Origin: Rikenellaceae bacterium
GTDB taxonomy: Bacteria; Bacteroidota; Bacteroidia; Bacteroidales; Rikenellaceae
Length of the DNA: 64,000 nt
Direction: 5' to 3'
NCBI GenBank assembly: GCA_031256675.1
Contig: JAIRQC010000084.1
Location: 10,083 to 74,082 of the forward strand
The translations under genes were made by a program, and so were the position numbers. Below, in pieces: positions 40,704 to 50,362 of the stretch; the stretch's first letter is position 1; every line of letters starts with the position of its first letter. Under the pieces are notes generated by a model that had not been told where the DNA came from, did no database searches, and was given only the letters and a program-made list of their open reading frames with translations.

Positions 40704-43646
40704 ATGTACAGGAAAATCCTATCGCTCCTCTGCGCCGCTGTTGCGGGCGGCGGGGCTGTCGGCGGGCAGGTTTCGCTGACCGACAAAGGCGGCTTTCCTC
40801 TGGTGGCTGCCGGCAACAGGGCGGCAGTGTGTTACGACCCCGCCGACGCCAGGGTTGTCAAGACCGCCGTCGAGCTGTTCGCGGCAGACGTAGAGCGGGT
40901 TACGGGGCAGGCTATCGCCGTGTCCGCGGGGACGGAACCTCCCCGTGCAATCAGATATGCCGTCATTGCGGGCACGGTGGGGCACAGCCGGTGGATAGAC
41001 GAGTTGACCGCCTCGGGCAAGCTCGACCCTGGCCCGATAGTCGGCGGGTGGGAGCGGTACATTGTCCGGCTGGTCGAGCGTCCGGGTCACGGGCTTGCCC
41101 GGGCGCTGGTCATAGCCGGCAGCGACCGTCGCGGCACGGCCTACGGGCTGCTGTCGGTCTCGCGGGCGATAGGCGTCTCGCCGTGGTACTGGTGGGCGGA
41201 CGCTCCCGTCGTTCGGCGAAAGGAGCTCATGCTCGATGTGCGCGGCTTTACCTCCAAAGAACCCTCGGTCAGGTACCGTGGCATATTCATAAACGACGAG
41301 GACTGGGGTATTCTCCGCTGGGCCAAACGCAACTTCGAAAAGGAACGGGGCAACATCGGCCCCAAAACATACGAAAAAGTGTGCGAGTTGCTGTTGCGCC
41401 TGAACGCCAACTATCTCGCCCCTGCCATGCACGAGGCCAGCACAGCCTTTCACAAGATTCCCGAAAACCGCGAAGTGGCCGACCGTTACGCCATCGTCAT
41501 GGGCTCGTCGCACTGCGAGCCGCTGCTGCTCAACACCGCAAGCGAATGGGACGGCAAAAGCATGGGCGAGTGGAATTATGTCGACAACAGGGCAGGGGTC
41601 GACGGCGTATTGAAAAACCGCGTCGTGGAGGCGGCCCCGTTCGAAAATGTCTACACCCTCGCCCTGCGCGGGTTGCACGACAGGGCAATGGCCGGAAGCC
41701 AGGATCTCGACGAGCGTCGCAACACCATGCAGGAGGCGTTGCTATCTCAGCGGCAGATACTGGTCGACGTACTCGGAAAGCCCGCCGAAGAGATACCGCA
41801 GGCATTCACCCCCTACAAGGAGGTATTGGATGTGTACGACCGCGGGCTGCAATTGCCTGACGACGTGACCATCGTCTGGCCGGACGACAACTACGGCTAC
41901 ATGAAGCGGCTGAGCAGCCCCGCAGAGCAGAAACGCACCGGACGCTCGGGGATATACTACCACGCCTCGTACCTCGGTCGCCCGCACGACTATCTGTGGA
42001 TGAATACCACCTCGCCGACGCTGATGTACGAAGAGCTCGGCAAGGCCTACGGCTCGACGGCAGACCGTATCTGGCTGCTCAATGCGGGCGACATAAAGGG
42101 ATGCGAATTTGCAGTCGACCTCTTCCTCGCAATGGCTTTCGACATGGAGGCGTTCGATTTTCAACGAACGGCCCGATACCGCGCCGAATGGACGGGCGGC
42201 ATGTTGGGCCAGGAGTTGCGGGGCGAGCTGGAAGAGATCGTGGGTTCGTTCTACCACCTGTCGTTCGTCCGCAAGCCCGAATTTATGGGCTGGGGCTACC
42301 AATGGGCCACGGACAAACACGGCAACGAACGCAACACCGACACCGACTTCTCGTTTGCGAACTACCGCGAGGCCGACCGGCGGCTTGCCGAATACGAACG
42401 TATCGCCGCAATGGCGGCGAACATCATGGCGCGTCTGCCCGAAAGCCACAGGGCCTGCTGCTATCAGACGCTGTACTATCCCGTCAAGGCGTGCCAGCTG
42501 CTGAACAGGATGATACTCTCGGGGCAGAAGAACCGTCTGTATGCCATGCAGCAGAGGGCTGCGACGGAGCAGCTGGCCGAAACGGGCCGCGTCTGCTACG
42601 ACAGCCTGAGAGTTATCACCAAAGGCTACAACTCCCTGCTGGACGGCAAGTGGGATCAGATGATGACCATGGAGCAGGGTTTTGCCGCGTCGTACTTCAA
42701 GCTGCCCGAGTTGCGCCGTGCGGAGTTGTCGGAGCAGGCCGAAATGGGAATAATGGCCGAAGGGGAGGGTACGTCCGGCGTGAGAAGTTTTCACGCGCTG
42801 CCCGCATTCGACCGCTATCTGCCCGTACCGCACTTCGTGGATGTGTACAACAAAGGCTCCTCGCCGTTGGGGTGGAGCGCCACGGCGAGCGACCGGTGGA
42901 TAGTGTTGAGCAAACACGACGGACAGACCGCAACCGAAGAGCGCATCGAGGTGACGGTCGACTGGACGCTCGCCCCGACGGGAGAGCGCGTGTCGGGCAC
43001 GGTGGAGATAGAGGGTTCGGACGGCAGTCGCGAGAGGGTTTTCGTCTCGGCGTTCAACCCTCCGTCGCCGACGGTCGAAGAGCTGCGGGGGCTGTACGTC
43101 CAGCACAACGGTTACATCTCAATAGACGCAGCGGGATTTCACCGCAAGTCGGAGAACGACGCAATAAAGGTACGCATCATACCCAATCTCGGCGTGGAAA
43201 ACATCGCCGTGCAGCTGGGCGATCCCGTAGCCCCGCGCCAGAACACCCGCCGCGCCGACGTGCCGCGCGTGGAGTATGATTTCTTCACCTTCGAGCAGGG
43301 TTCGGTCGACGTATACACATACGTGTTGCCGACATTCGTGATAAGCGCCGACAGAGGTTATGCCGGCCACGAGGCCACCAATCTCGAGGCGCAGTACGGC
43401 GTGTGCATCGACGAAGGACCGGTGATGAACCCCTCCACTTCGTCCATTGAGTATGCGCAGATATGGTACGAAAGCGCTCTGCGAAATTGCCGGACAAACA
43501 AAACAACCCTGCACATCGGCAAACCAGGCAAACATACGCTCAAAATCATGTGTGGCGATGCGGGAACGGTGTTGCAGAAGGTCGTACTCGATTTCGGCGG
43601 CATGGCGCGCTCATACCAGGGCCCGCCGCCGACACGGTGCATGTAG
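40704..43646 (+). CDS. GH115 alpha-glucuronidase
   Basis: GSDRRGTAYG, GVSPWYWWAD, YRGIFINDEDWG, GSSHCEP, WPDDNYGY. Confidence 0.93.
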   Translation: MYRKILSLLCAAVAGGGAVGGQVSLTDKGGFPLVAAGNRAAVCYDPADARVVKTAVELFAADVERVTGQAIAVSAGTEPPRAIRYAVIAGTVGHSRWIDELTASGKLDPGPIVGGWERYIVRLVERPGHGLARALVIAGSDRRGTAYGLLSVSRAIGVSPWYWWADAPVVRRKELMLDVRGFTSKEPSVRYRGIFINDEDWGILRWAKRNFEKERGNIGPKTYEKVCELLLRLNANYLAPAMHEASTAFHKIPENREVADRYAIVMGSSHCEPLLLNTASEWDGKSMGEWNYVDNRAGVDGVLKNRVVEAAPFENVYTLALRGLHDRAMAGSQDLDERRNTMQEALLSQRQILVDVLGKPAEEIPQAFTPYKEVLDVYDRGLQLPDDVTIVWPDDNYGYMKRLSSPAEQKRTGRSGIYYHASYLGRPHDYLWMNTTSPTLMYEELGKAYGSTADRIWLLNAGDIKGCEFAVDLFLAMAFDMEAFDFQRTARYRAEWTGGMLGQELRGELEEIVGSFYHLSFVRKPEFMGWGYQWATDKHGNERNTDTDFSFANYREADRRLAEYERIAAMAANIMARLPESHRACCYQTLYYPVKACQLLNRMILSGQKNRLYAMQQRAATEQLAETGRVCYDSLRVITKGYNSLLDGKWDQMMTMEQGFAASYFKLPELRRAELSEQAEMGIMAEGEGTSGVRSFHALPAFDRYLPVPHFVDVYNKGSSPLGWSATASDRWIVLSKHDGQTATEERIEVTVDWTLAPTGERVSGTVEIEGSDGSRERVFVSAFNPPSPTVEELRGLYVQHNGYISIDAAGFHRKSENDAIKVRIIPNLGVENIAVQLGDPVAPRQNTRRADVPRVEYDFFTFEQGSVDVYTYVLPTFVISADRGYAGHEATNLEAQYGVCIDEGPVMNPSTSSIEYAQIWYESALRNCRTNKTTLHIGKPGKHTLKIMCGDAGTVLQKVVLDFGGMARSYQGPPPTRCM

Positions 43647-44040
43647 ACAAACTCGCAGACGGTCGGGAAGACATGGCTATCGTATAATGGACAGGGGGGT
43701 AAGTTTTCATATATGGTCGTGAGGAGTAAACTCTTGTATATGGTCGTCAGGGCCAACACAAGCTACGGCGCAAGGCGATTGTCTTATTGCAACAGGAATT
43801 TAATCTGTCTTCCGCTGCAAATCAAGATTTCGCCCCGTGTTGTTAGTTTTGGCTCTCCTGCTTCCATAACTTTCGTCAAGGGAGAAACGTATGCCGGCTG
43901 GACAAACCATGAACTTTCATGCCAAATGTTTACACGAGTGGACAGGAAATACATAATTCCAACCACCAGTCATGCCAGTCTTTTAATGTCGGATTAAACC
44001 TGTGACTAACCCATTAATTTGCATGGCAAGCGATGAGACA

Positions 44041-44078
44041 CAGGCGGATGTGACTAATTATCAGTCTCTATCCGCCTG
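44041..44078 (-). terminator. Hairpin directly after the gltD stop
   Basis: CAGGCGGAT...ATCCGCCTG arms; weak U tract. Confidence 0.5.
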
Positions 44079-45515
44079 TTATTGGCCGCTCTTCACCAGC
44101 AATGATTTTTCTATTGCTTCTGCTGCGCGGCGACCCGAGGCGATGGCGCGCACTACGAGGCTGGCGCCCGAGGCGGCGTCGCCGGCGGCGAAAACCTTTC
44201 CTGAGGAGGTGCTGCCCGAAGCCCCTGTGCGGATATTCTTGCGACTGTCGAGCTCCACGCCCAACTCCTTTACAAGCCCCTCGTGCACCGGATGTACAAA
44301 GCCCATCGCCAGCAACACAAGATCGGCCTTTATGGTCTCCTTGCGCCCCGTGCAGCTGAGTTTTCGCGCTCCGGTGGCCGTGTCGACCACCCATTCCACC
44401 TCCTCGACCTCGGCGCCCGTGACGGAACCGTTCTTGCCGACGAACCTGCGGGTGTCGAGCTGCCAGCGGCGCGTGCAGCCCTCCTCGTGCGACGACGAAG
44501 TTTTCAGCACCACCGGCCACATCGGCCACGGCGTTTCGGGATTGTCGCCCTCCGGCGGCTTGGGCATGATCTCTATCTGCGTGACGCTCAACGCTCCCTG
44601 ACGTACCGACGTGCCGACGCAGTCGCTGCCGGTGTCGCCGCCGCCGATGACCAGCACGTGTTTGCCGCGCGCCGAGATACGTTCGCTATCGGGGATCAGG
44701 GCCCCCGCCACCACGCGGTTCTGCTGCTGCAAAAATTCGAGGGCAAAATGGACCCCTTTCAACTCGCGACCCTCCACCGAGATGTCGCGCGGCACGCCCG
44801 AACCGATGCAGACGCACACCGCATCATAGTCGGCAAGCAACGCGGAAACAGCATACCCTTCGCCGCCTATCTCGGCCCCGACGACGAATCTGACCCCCTC
44901 GCGCTCCATCAACTCCACACGACGGTCGATGATGCGCTTGTTGAGTTTGAAGTCGGGGATGCCCAACCTCAAAAGCCCGCCCACAGCCTCATCCTTCTCG
45001 TATACCGTAACGTTAAATCCCAGCTGGTTCAGCTGGTTGGCCGCCGCCAGGCCCGCCGGACCCGATCCTACCACCGCAACATTATGTTTGTGCCGGTGCG
45101 CGGGTATGCGCGGATTGACGTAACACTCCTCGAAAGCCATTTCGGCCACGGCGACCTCGTTTTCGCGGATCGTCACCGCGTCGTGCGACAGCGCCAGCAC
45201 GCACGACTTCTCGCACAGCGCCGGACAGACACGCCCTGTGAACTCCGGAAAGTCGTTGGTCGAGATGAGGATCCTGTACGCCTCCTGCCACTTGCCGCGG
45301 TAGAGCGCGTCCTGCCATTCGGGCTGACGGTTGCCCAGCGGACAGGCCCAGTGGCAGAACGGCACGCCGCAATCCATGCAGCGCGAGGCCTGCAACCGCC
45401 TGTCCTCAGTGTTGAGCGTCTGCTCCACCTCAGCATAGTCCCCCACGCGGTCGGTGAGCGCGCGGTATCCTGCCTCCTTGCGGCCTATCTGTAAAAATGC
45501 CTTTGGGTTTCCCAT
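44079..45515 (-). CDS. gltD: Glutamate synthase small subunit
   Basis: QASRCMDCGVPFCH, GSGPAGLAAA, IGGGDTGSDC. Confidence 0.97.
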   Translation of the reverse strand: MGNPKAFLQIGRKEAGYRALTDRVGDYAEVEQTLNTEDRRLQASRCMDCGVPFCHWACPLGNRQPEWQDALYRGKWQEAYRILISTNDFPEFTGRVCPALCEKSCVLALSHDAVTIRENEVAVAEMAFEECYVNPRIPAHRHKHNVAVVGSGPAGLAAANQLNQLGFNVTVYEKDEAVGGLLRLGIPDFKLNKRIIDRRVELMEREGVRFVVGAEIGGEGYAVSALLADYDAVCVCIGSGVPRDISVEGRELKGVHFALEFLQQQNRVVAGALIPDSERISARGKHVLVIGGGDTGSDCVGTSVRQGALSVTQIEIMPKPPEGDNPETPWPMWPVVLKTSSSHEEGCTRRWQLDTRRFVGKNGSVTGAEVEEVEWVVDTATGARKLSCTGRKETIKADLVLLAMGFVHPVHEGLVKELGVELDSRKNIRTGASGSTSSGKVFAAGDAASGASLVVRAIASGRRAAEAIEKSLLVKSGQ

Positions 45516-45597
45516 AACGTGCGGTCGATGATTTAATCTGTTAACTGTTTGCGTACCACGATGTTTTTCGGTCGATTAAATTCATCGACCGCACGTT
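45516..45597. repeat. 23-bp inverted repeat abutting the gltD start codon
   Basis: AACGTGCGGTCGATGATTTAATC (45516-45538) / GATTAAATTCATCGACCGCACGTT (45574-45597), one bulge. Confidence 0.85.
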
Positions 45598-45709
45598 GAC
45601 ATCTCCTTCGGAGCTGTCCCGTGTTCGATCGCCCCTCCCAAATCCTCCCCTAACCGCAGGGGCGGGCTTTACAAAACGCCGGAGCGTTTTGCGACAAAGG
45701 AGCAATTCC

Positions 45710-48700
45710 CTAATAATCCCTTTCGACATTCTCTATCTTGGCTTTCAGGGCCTCCGAGCGGCGGTCGTACAGTATCTTTTTGTACTCGATCGGGGTCGCC
45801 TTGATGAACTCGCCCACGTGCAGGCTCCAGTTGTCGAGCAGCCTGCGCGCCAGTGGGCTGCCGGTATGCCCGGCGTGACGTTCGACGAGTTCGAGCAGCT
45901 CCTTCTTGTCCTGCGCATCCTCGACGAGCGACAGTTCGACCATCTCCATGTTGCAGAAGAAGTCGAAATTGCGCTCCCTGTCCCAGACGTATGCCACGCC
46001 GCCGCTCATACCTGCGGCAAAGTTGCGCCCGACGCTGCCCAGCACGACGGTGCAGCCGCCGGTCATATACTCGCAGCAGTGGTCGCCCGTACCCTCGACG
46101 ACGGCCGTAGCCCCGCTGTTGCGCACGCAGAACCGCTCGCCGACGCGGCCGTTGATGAACACCTCGCCAGAGGTCGCGCCGTAGAGCAGCGTGTTGCCGG
46201 CGATGTAGTTATCCTCCGGCTCGAAGGTCGATCCCTGCGGCGGTACCACCACGATGCGTCCGCCCGAAAGCCCCTTGCCCAGATAGTCGATGGCGTCGCC
46301 CTCCAGCCGCAGCGTTACGCCCGCCGAGAGGAACGCCCCGCCGCACTGCCCTGCCGATCCGGCGAAGGTGCAGCGTATGGCGCCGTCGGGCAGCCCCCTG
46401 TTGCCATGTTTCTGCGCTATGAGCCCCGAAAGCATGGCGCCGGTGGTGCGGTCGGTGTTGTGAATGTCGAAGCGCAGATCGACCGGTGCGCCACCATCGA
46501 CAGCTCCGGCGCACTGCTCTATGAGTTTGCGGTCGAGCGCCTTGTCCATGCGGTGAACCTGCGGCCTGGTATTGCATATGGCGTTGTCGCGGGCCTGTTT
46601 CGGGAAGTGGAGCAGCCGCGAGAGGTCGATCCCTTTCAGTTTCGGGTTGTCATAGCGCGAGACGTCCTGACGCAGCAGGTCGACGCGGCCCACGATCTCC
46701 TGCAACGAGCGGAAACCCATGTCGGCCAGCCGTTCCCTGACATTTTCGGCCAGGAACATGAAGAAGTTGAGCAGATGCTCCTCGCGCCCCTTGAAACGCG
46801 CCCGCAGCCGTTCGTCCTGAGTGGCTACGCCGACCGGACAGGTGTTGACGTGGCACTTGCGCATCATCACGCAGCCCAGGGCGATGAGCGCGCTCGTCGC
46901 GAAACCGAACTCCTCGGCCCCCAGCATGGCCGCAACCACTATGTCGCGGCCGGTTTTGAGCTGTCCGTCGGTCTGCAACACTACCTGCGCCCGCAAACCG
47001 TTGATAACCAGCGTCTGTTGTGTTTCGGCCAAGCCTATCTCCGCCGGAACGCCCGCATACTTTATCGAGCTGAGCGGGCTGGCCCCCGTGCCGCCCTCGC
47101 CGCCGCTGATGATGATCATGTCGGCTTTGGCTTTGGCCACGCCCGCCGCAATGGTGCCCACGCCGCTCTCAGCCACGAGTTTGACCGATATGCGGGCGGC
47201 GGGATTTACGTTTTTCAGGTCGAAGATCAGCTGTGCGAGATCTTCTATCGAGTATATGTCGTGATGTGGCGGCGGTGAGATGAGCGAGATGCCAGGTATG
47301 GAGTGGCGCGTGCGGGCGATGATCTCGTCGACCTTGTAGCCCGGCAGCTGCCCCCCCTCGCCCGGCTTGGCCCCCTGGGCGATCTTGATCTGTATCTCGT
47401 CGGCGTTGACCAGATATTCGGCCGTCACGCCGAAGCGTCCCGAGGCCACCTGCTTGATTGCGCTGCGGGCCGACGAGCCGTCCGGGGCGGGCGTGAAGCG
47501 GGCGGGGTCTTCGCCTCCCTCGCCGGTGTTGCTCTTGCCGCCCAAACGGTTCATAACCCGCGCCATGGTCTCGTGCGCCTCCCTGCTGATAGAGCCGAAC
47601 GACATGGCCCCCGTCACGAAGCGGCGCGCAATAGCCTCCGCCGGCTCCACCTCCTCGACGGGGATTGGATTGGGGTTGTAGGTCATCAGGTCGCGCAGGA
47701 ACAGGGGGTCGCTTTTGTTGTCGACAGCCTCGACATACTCCTTGAATTTGGCATACGAACCGCTGCGCACGGCCTGCTGCAACCGCGAAATGGTCTCCGG
47801 GTTCCAGGCGTGGCCCTCCCCGTCGCGACGGTATGCGTAGAAGCCCTCGTTGCGCAGCAAATCTTCGTCCTGCCGGCTGAAAGCCTCCGCGAGCAGCGTG
47901 GACTGCGTTGCGGCGATCTCTTCGAGACCGACGCCGCCTATGGCCGTTGCAACGCCGCCGAAGTAACGCTCCGACAGCTCTTCGGATATGCCCACGGCCT
48001 CGAATATCTTCGCCCCGCGATAGCTGCGCAGCGTCGATATGCCCATTTTGGACATGGTTTTGAGCAGCCCCTTGCCGACGGCCTTGATAAAATGTTTCTC
48101 GGCGGTGGCGAAATCGAGGCGGATATTGCCCTCGCTGATCTGCTGTTCCATGACCGCAAAGGCCATATATGGATGCACAGCGCTGGCCCCGAAGCCCAGC
48201 AGCAGGGCGAAGTGCATCACCTCGCGCGGTTCGGCGCTGTCGACGATAAGCCCTATCTGAACGCGTTTGCAAATATCTATCAAATGGTGGTGCACCGCCG
48301 ACAGGGCCAGCAGCGAAGGTATGGGGGCCTTGTCGGGGGCCAGTCCGTGGTCGCTGAGTATGATGTAGTTGTACCCCTCGTCCACCGCGCGCCCCGCCTC
48401 GGCGCAGATGGACTCCAGCGCGCTTTCGAGCCCCCTGCTGCCCGCCGCCGCGTCGTAGAGCGTCGAGATGGTGTGCGAGCGGAAGCCCTTGTATTCGATG
48501 TGGCACAGGATGTCGTAGTCGCGGTTGGTGAGCACCGGGCTTTTGAGTTTGATCATCTTGCACAGCGCAGGGTCGGGCGAGAGCAGGTTGTGGTCGAACG
48601 TGCCGATGTAGCTCGTGAGCGACATCACCAGCTCCTCGCGGATCGGGTCTATGGGCGGGTTGGTCACCTGTGCGAACTGCTGGCGGAAATAGCGGAACAG

Positions 48701-50203
48701 GTTCTGCGGCAGGCGCGACAGCACGGCCAGAGGGGCGTCGTTGCCCATCGACCCCACCGGCTCCTTGCCCTCGTCGCACATCGGGATGATCAGCTTGTCG
48801 ATCTCCTCCTTCGAATAGTTGAATGCGTGCAGGTGCTGCGCATAGTTTTCCACCGTGTTAGCGACGTTGCGCCCCGATGTTATCCTGCCCAGTTCCAGCC
48901 GGTTGGTTTGCAGCCACTCGCCGTAGGGATACTCGTTTGCCAGCGCCTCTTTGAGCTCCTCGTCGCGGAAGATGCGCCCCTGTTCGGCGTCGACCATCAG
49001 TATCTTGCCCGGCTTGAGCTTGCCTTTCTCCTTTATCTCGGTCGGGTCGAAGGTGAACACCCCCGTCTCGGAGGCCATCACCAGCATGTCGTCTTTGGTT
49101 ATCAGATACCTCATCGGGCGCAGGCCGTTGCGGTCGAGCATACCTCCGGCGAAGCGTCCGTCGGAGAAGAGCAGCGCCGCAGGGCCGTCCCACGGTTCGA
49201 AAGCCAGCGAATTGAACTCGTAGAACGCCTTGACCGCATCCGGAATCGGGTTTTTGTCGTTCCAACTCTCGGGGATAAGCATCGCCAGCGCGTGGGGCAG
49301 CGGAATGCCGGCCATGATGAAAAATTCGAGCACGTTGTCCAGCGACGCGCTGTCGCTCATGCCCTCCTCAATGATGGGCAGCGCCTGGCGAATATCGGCG
49401 AAGTTGTCCGAGTTGAGCAGCGTCTCGCGCGCTTTCATCCACTGACGGTTGCCGCGAATGGTGTTGATCTCGCCGTTGTGTCCCAGTGTGCGGAAGGGCT
49501 GGGCCAGCTCCCACTTGGGCAGGGTGTTGGTGCTGAAACGCGAGTGCACCAGCGCCATGTTGCTCGTGAAGTAGGGGCTGCTCAGGTCGGGGTAGTATTC
49601 CCTCAGTTGATAGGAGGTGAGCATACCCTTGTATATGATGGTGCGCGTCGAGAGGCTCGCCACATAACAACTGCCGGGCAGGGCGCGCTCGATGGCCTTG
49701 CGCAGGAGGAACAGCCGCACTTCGAGGTTGTCCCTGTTGCCGCCCGTGTCGGTGAGGAACAGCTGCTTGATGGCGGGTTCGGTGGCCGACGACCCTTCGC
49801 CGAGGATCGCGCTGTTGACCGGCACGTCGCGCAGGGCCAGCAGTTGCAACCCTGCTTTTTCGCTCTCCCTCCTTATAGCGTCGAGCGCGGTTTTCTGTCT
49901 GAACGAATCTTTGGGCAGGAACACGAGCCCCGTTCCGTAGCTCCCCTTTTCGGGCACCGGAATACCGTTCAGAAGTATGAACTCGTGGGGTATTGCGAGC
50001 ATGACGCCCGAACCGTCGCCGGTCTGCGGGTCGACCCCCTCGGCCCCGCGGTGCACCATGTTTTCGAGGATGCGCAGCCCTCTGTCCACCGTATCGTGCG
50101 TCTTGGCCGCATTCAAGTTAACTATCAGGCCCACGCCGCAAGCGTCGCGCTCCCAGCGTGGGTCGAACAGTCCCTGCGTATGATCTGCAAACTCTTTTTT
50201 CAT
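45710..50203 (-). CDS. gltB: Glutamate synthase large subunit
   Basis: ERDACGVG Ntn cysteine; HSRFSTNT; AQGAKPGEGGQLPG; CVMMRKCHVNTCPVG; start set at MKKEFAD. Confidence 0.98.
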   Translation of the reverse strand: MKKEFADHTQGLFDPRWERDACGVGLIVNLNAAKTHDTVDRGLRILENMVHRGAEGVDPQTGDGSGVMLAIPHEFILLNGIPVPEKGSYGTGLVFLPKDSFRQKTALDAIRRESEKAGLQLLALRDVPVNSAILGEGSSATEPAIKQLFLTDTGGNRDNLEVRLFLLRKAIERALPGSCYVASLSTRTIIYKGMLTSYQLREYYPDLSSPYFTSNMALVHSRFSTNTLPKWELAQPFRTLGHNGEINTIRGNRQWMKARETLLNSDNFADIRQALPIIEEGMSDSASLDNVLEFFIMAGIPLPHALAMLIPESWNDKNPIPDAVKAFYEFNSLAFEPWDGPAALLFSDGRFAGGMLDRNGLRPMRYLITKDDMLVMASETGVFTFDPTEIKEKGKLKPGKILMVDAEQGRIFRDEELKEALANEYPYGEWLQTNRLELGRITSGRNVANTVENYAQHLHAFNYSKEEIDKLIIPMCDEGKEPVGSMGNDAPLAVLSRLPQNLFRYFRQQFAQVTNPPIDPIREELVMSLTSYIGTFDHNLLSPDPALCKMIKLKSPVLTNRDYDILCHIEYKGFRSHTISTLYDAAAGSRGLESALESICAEAGRAVDEGYNYIILSDHGLAPDKAPIPSLLALSAVHHHLIDICKRVQIGLIVDSAEPREVMHFALLLGFGASAVHPYMAFAVMEQQISEGNIRLDFATAEKHFIKAVGKGLLKTMSKMGISTLRSYRGAKIFEAVGISEELSERYFGGVATAIGGVGLEEIAATQSTLLAEAFSRQDEDLLRNEGFYAYRRDGEGHAWNPETISRLQQAVRSGSYAKFKEYVEAVDNKSDPLFLRDLMTYNPNPIPVEEVEPAEAIARRFVTGAMSFGSISREAHETMARVMNRLGGKSNTGEGGEDPARFTPAPDGSSARSAIKQVASGRFGVTAEYLVNADEIQIKIAQGAKPGEGGQLPGYKVDEIIARTRHSIPGISLISPPPHHDIYSIEDLAQLIFDLKNVNPAARISVKLVAESGVGTIAAGVAKAKADMIIISGGEGGTGASPLSSIKYAGVPAEIGLAETQQTLVINGLRAQVVLQTDGQLKTGRDIVVAAMLGAEEFGFATSALIALGCVMMRKCHVNTCPVGVATQDERLRARFKGREEHLLNFFMFLAENVRERLADMGFRSLQEIVGRVDLLRQDVSRYDNPKLKGIDLSRLLHFPKQARDNAICNTRPQVHRMDKALDRKLIEQCAGAVDGGAPVDLRFDIHNTDRTTGAMLSGLIAQKHGNRGLPDGAIRCTFAGSAGQCGGAFLSAGVTLRLEGDAIDYLGKGLSGGRIVVVPPQGSTFEPEDNYIAGNTLLYGATSGEVFINGRVGERFCVRNSGATAVVEGTGDHCCEYMTGGCTVVLGSVGRNFAAGMSGGVAYVWDRERNFDFFCNMEMVELSLVEDAQDKKELLELVERHAGHTGSPLARRLLDNWSLHVGEFIKATPIEYKKILYDRRSEALKAKIENVERDY

Positions 50204-50225
50204 GGATCGTGTTTTTTCCAGACTG

Positions 50226-50233
50226 CAAAAATA
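50226..50233 (-). promoter_or_regulatory. -7 box of a possible gltBD promoter
   Basis: Minus-strand TATTTTTG 22 nt upstream of ATG; no clear -33 box. Confidence 0.5.
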
Positions 50234-50300
50234 ATCTAAAAACGGCAATCGCACGGCTTCGTCCGACAAATTTAACAAACTCTTCGAAACGGTATAAATT

Positions 50301-50343
50301 TTTAATCGCAAGGAGCGGACAGGGCCGCCCCTTGCGATTAAAA
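50301..50343 (-). terminator. Hairpin after the glutamine synthetase gene
   Basis: TTTAATCGCAAGG / CCTTGCGATTAAA arms. Confidence 0.6.
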
Positions 50344-50362
50344 TCAGAGACAACTTGCCGGA

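Noticed and set aside
47303-50239. Long antisense ORFs (also 2251-3705, 36425-38845, 50441-52543 and others)
   Set aside because: Shadow frames of high-GC genes with clear motifs on the opposite strand; no recognisable domains.
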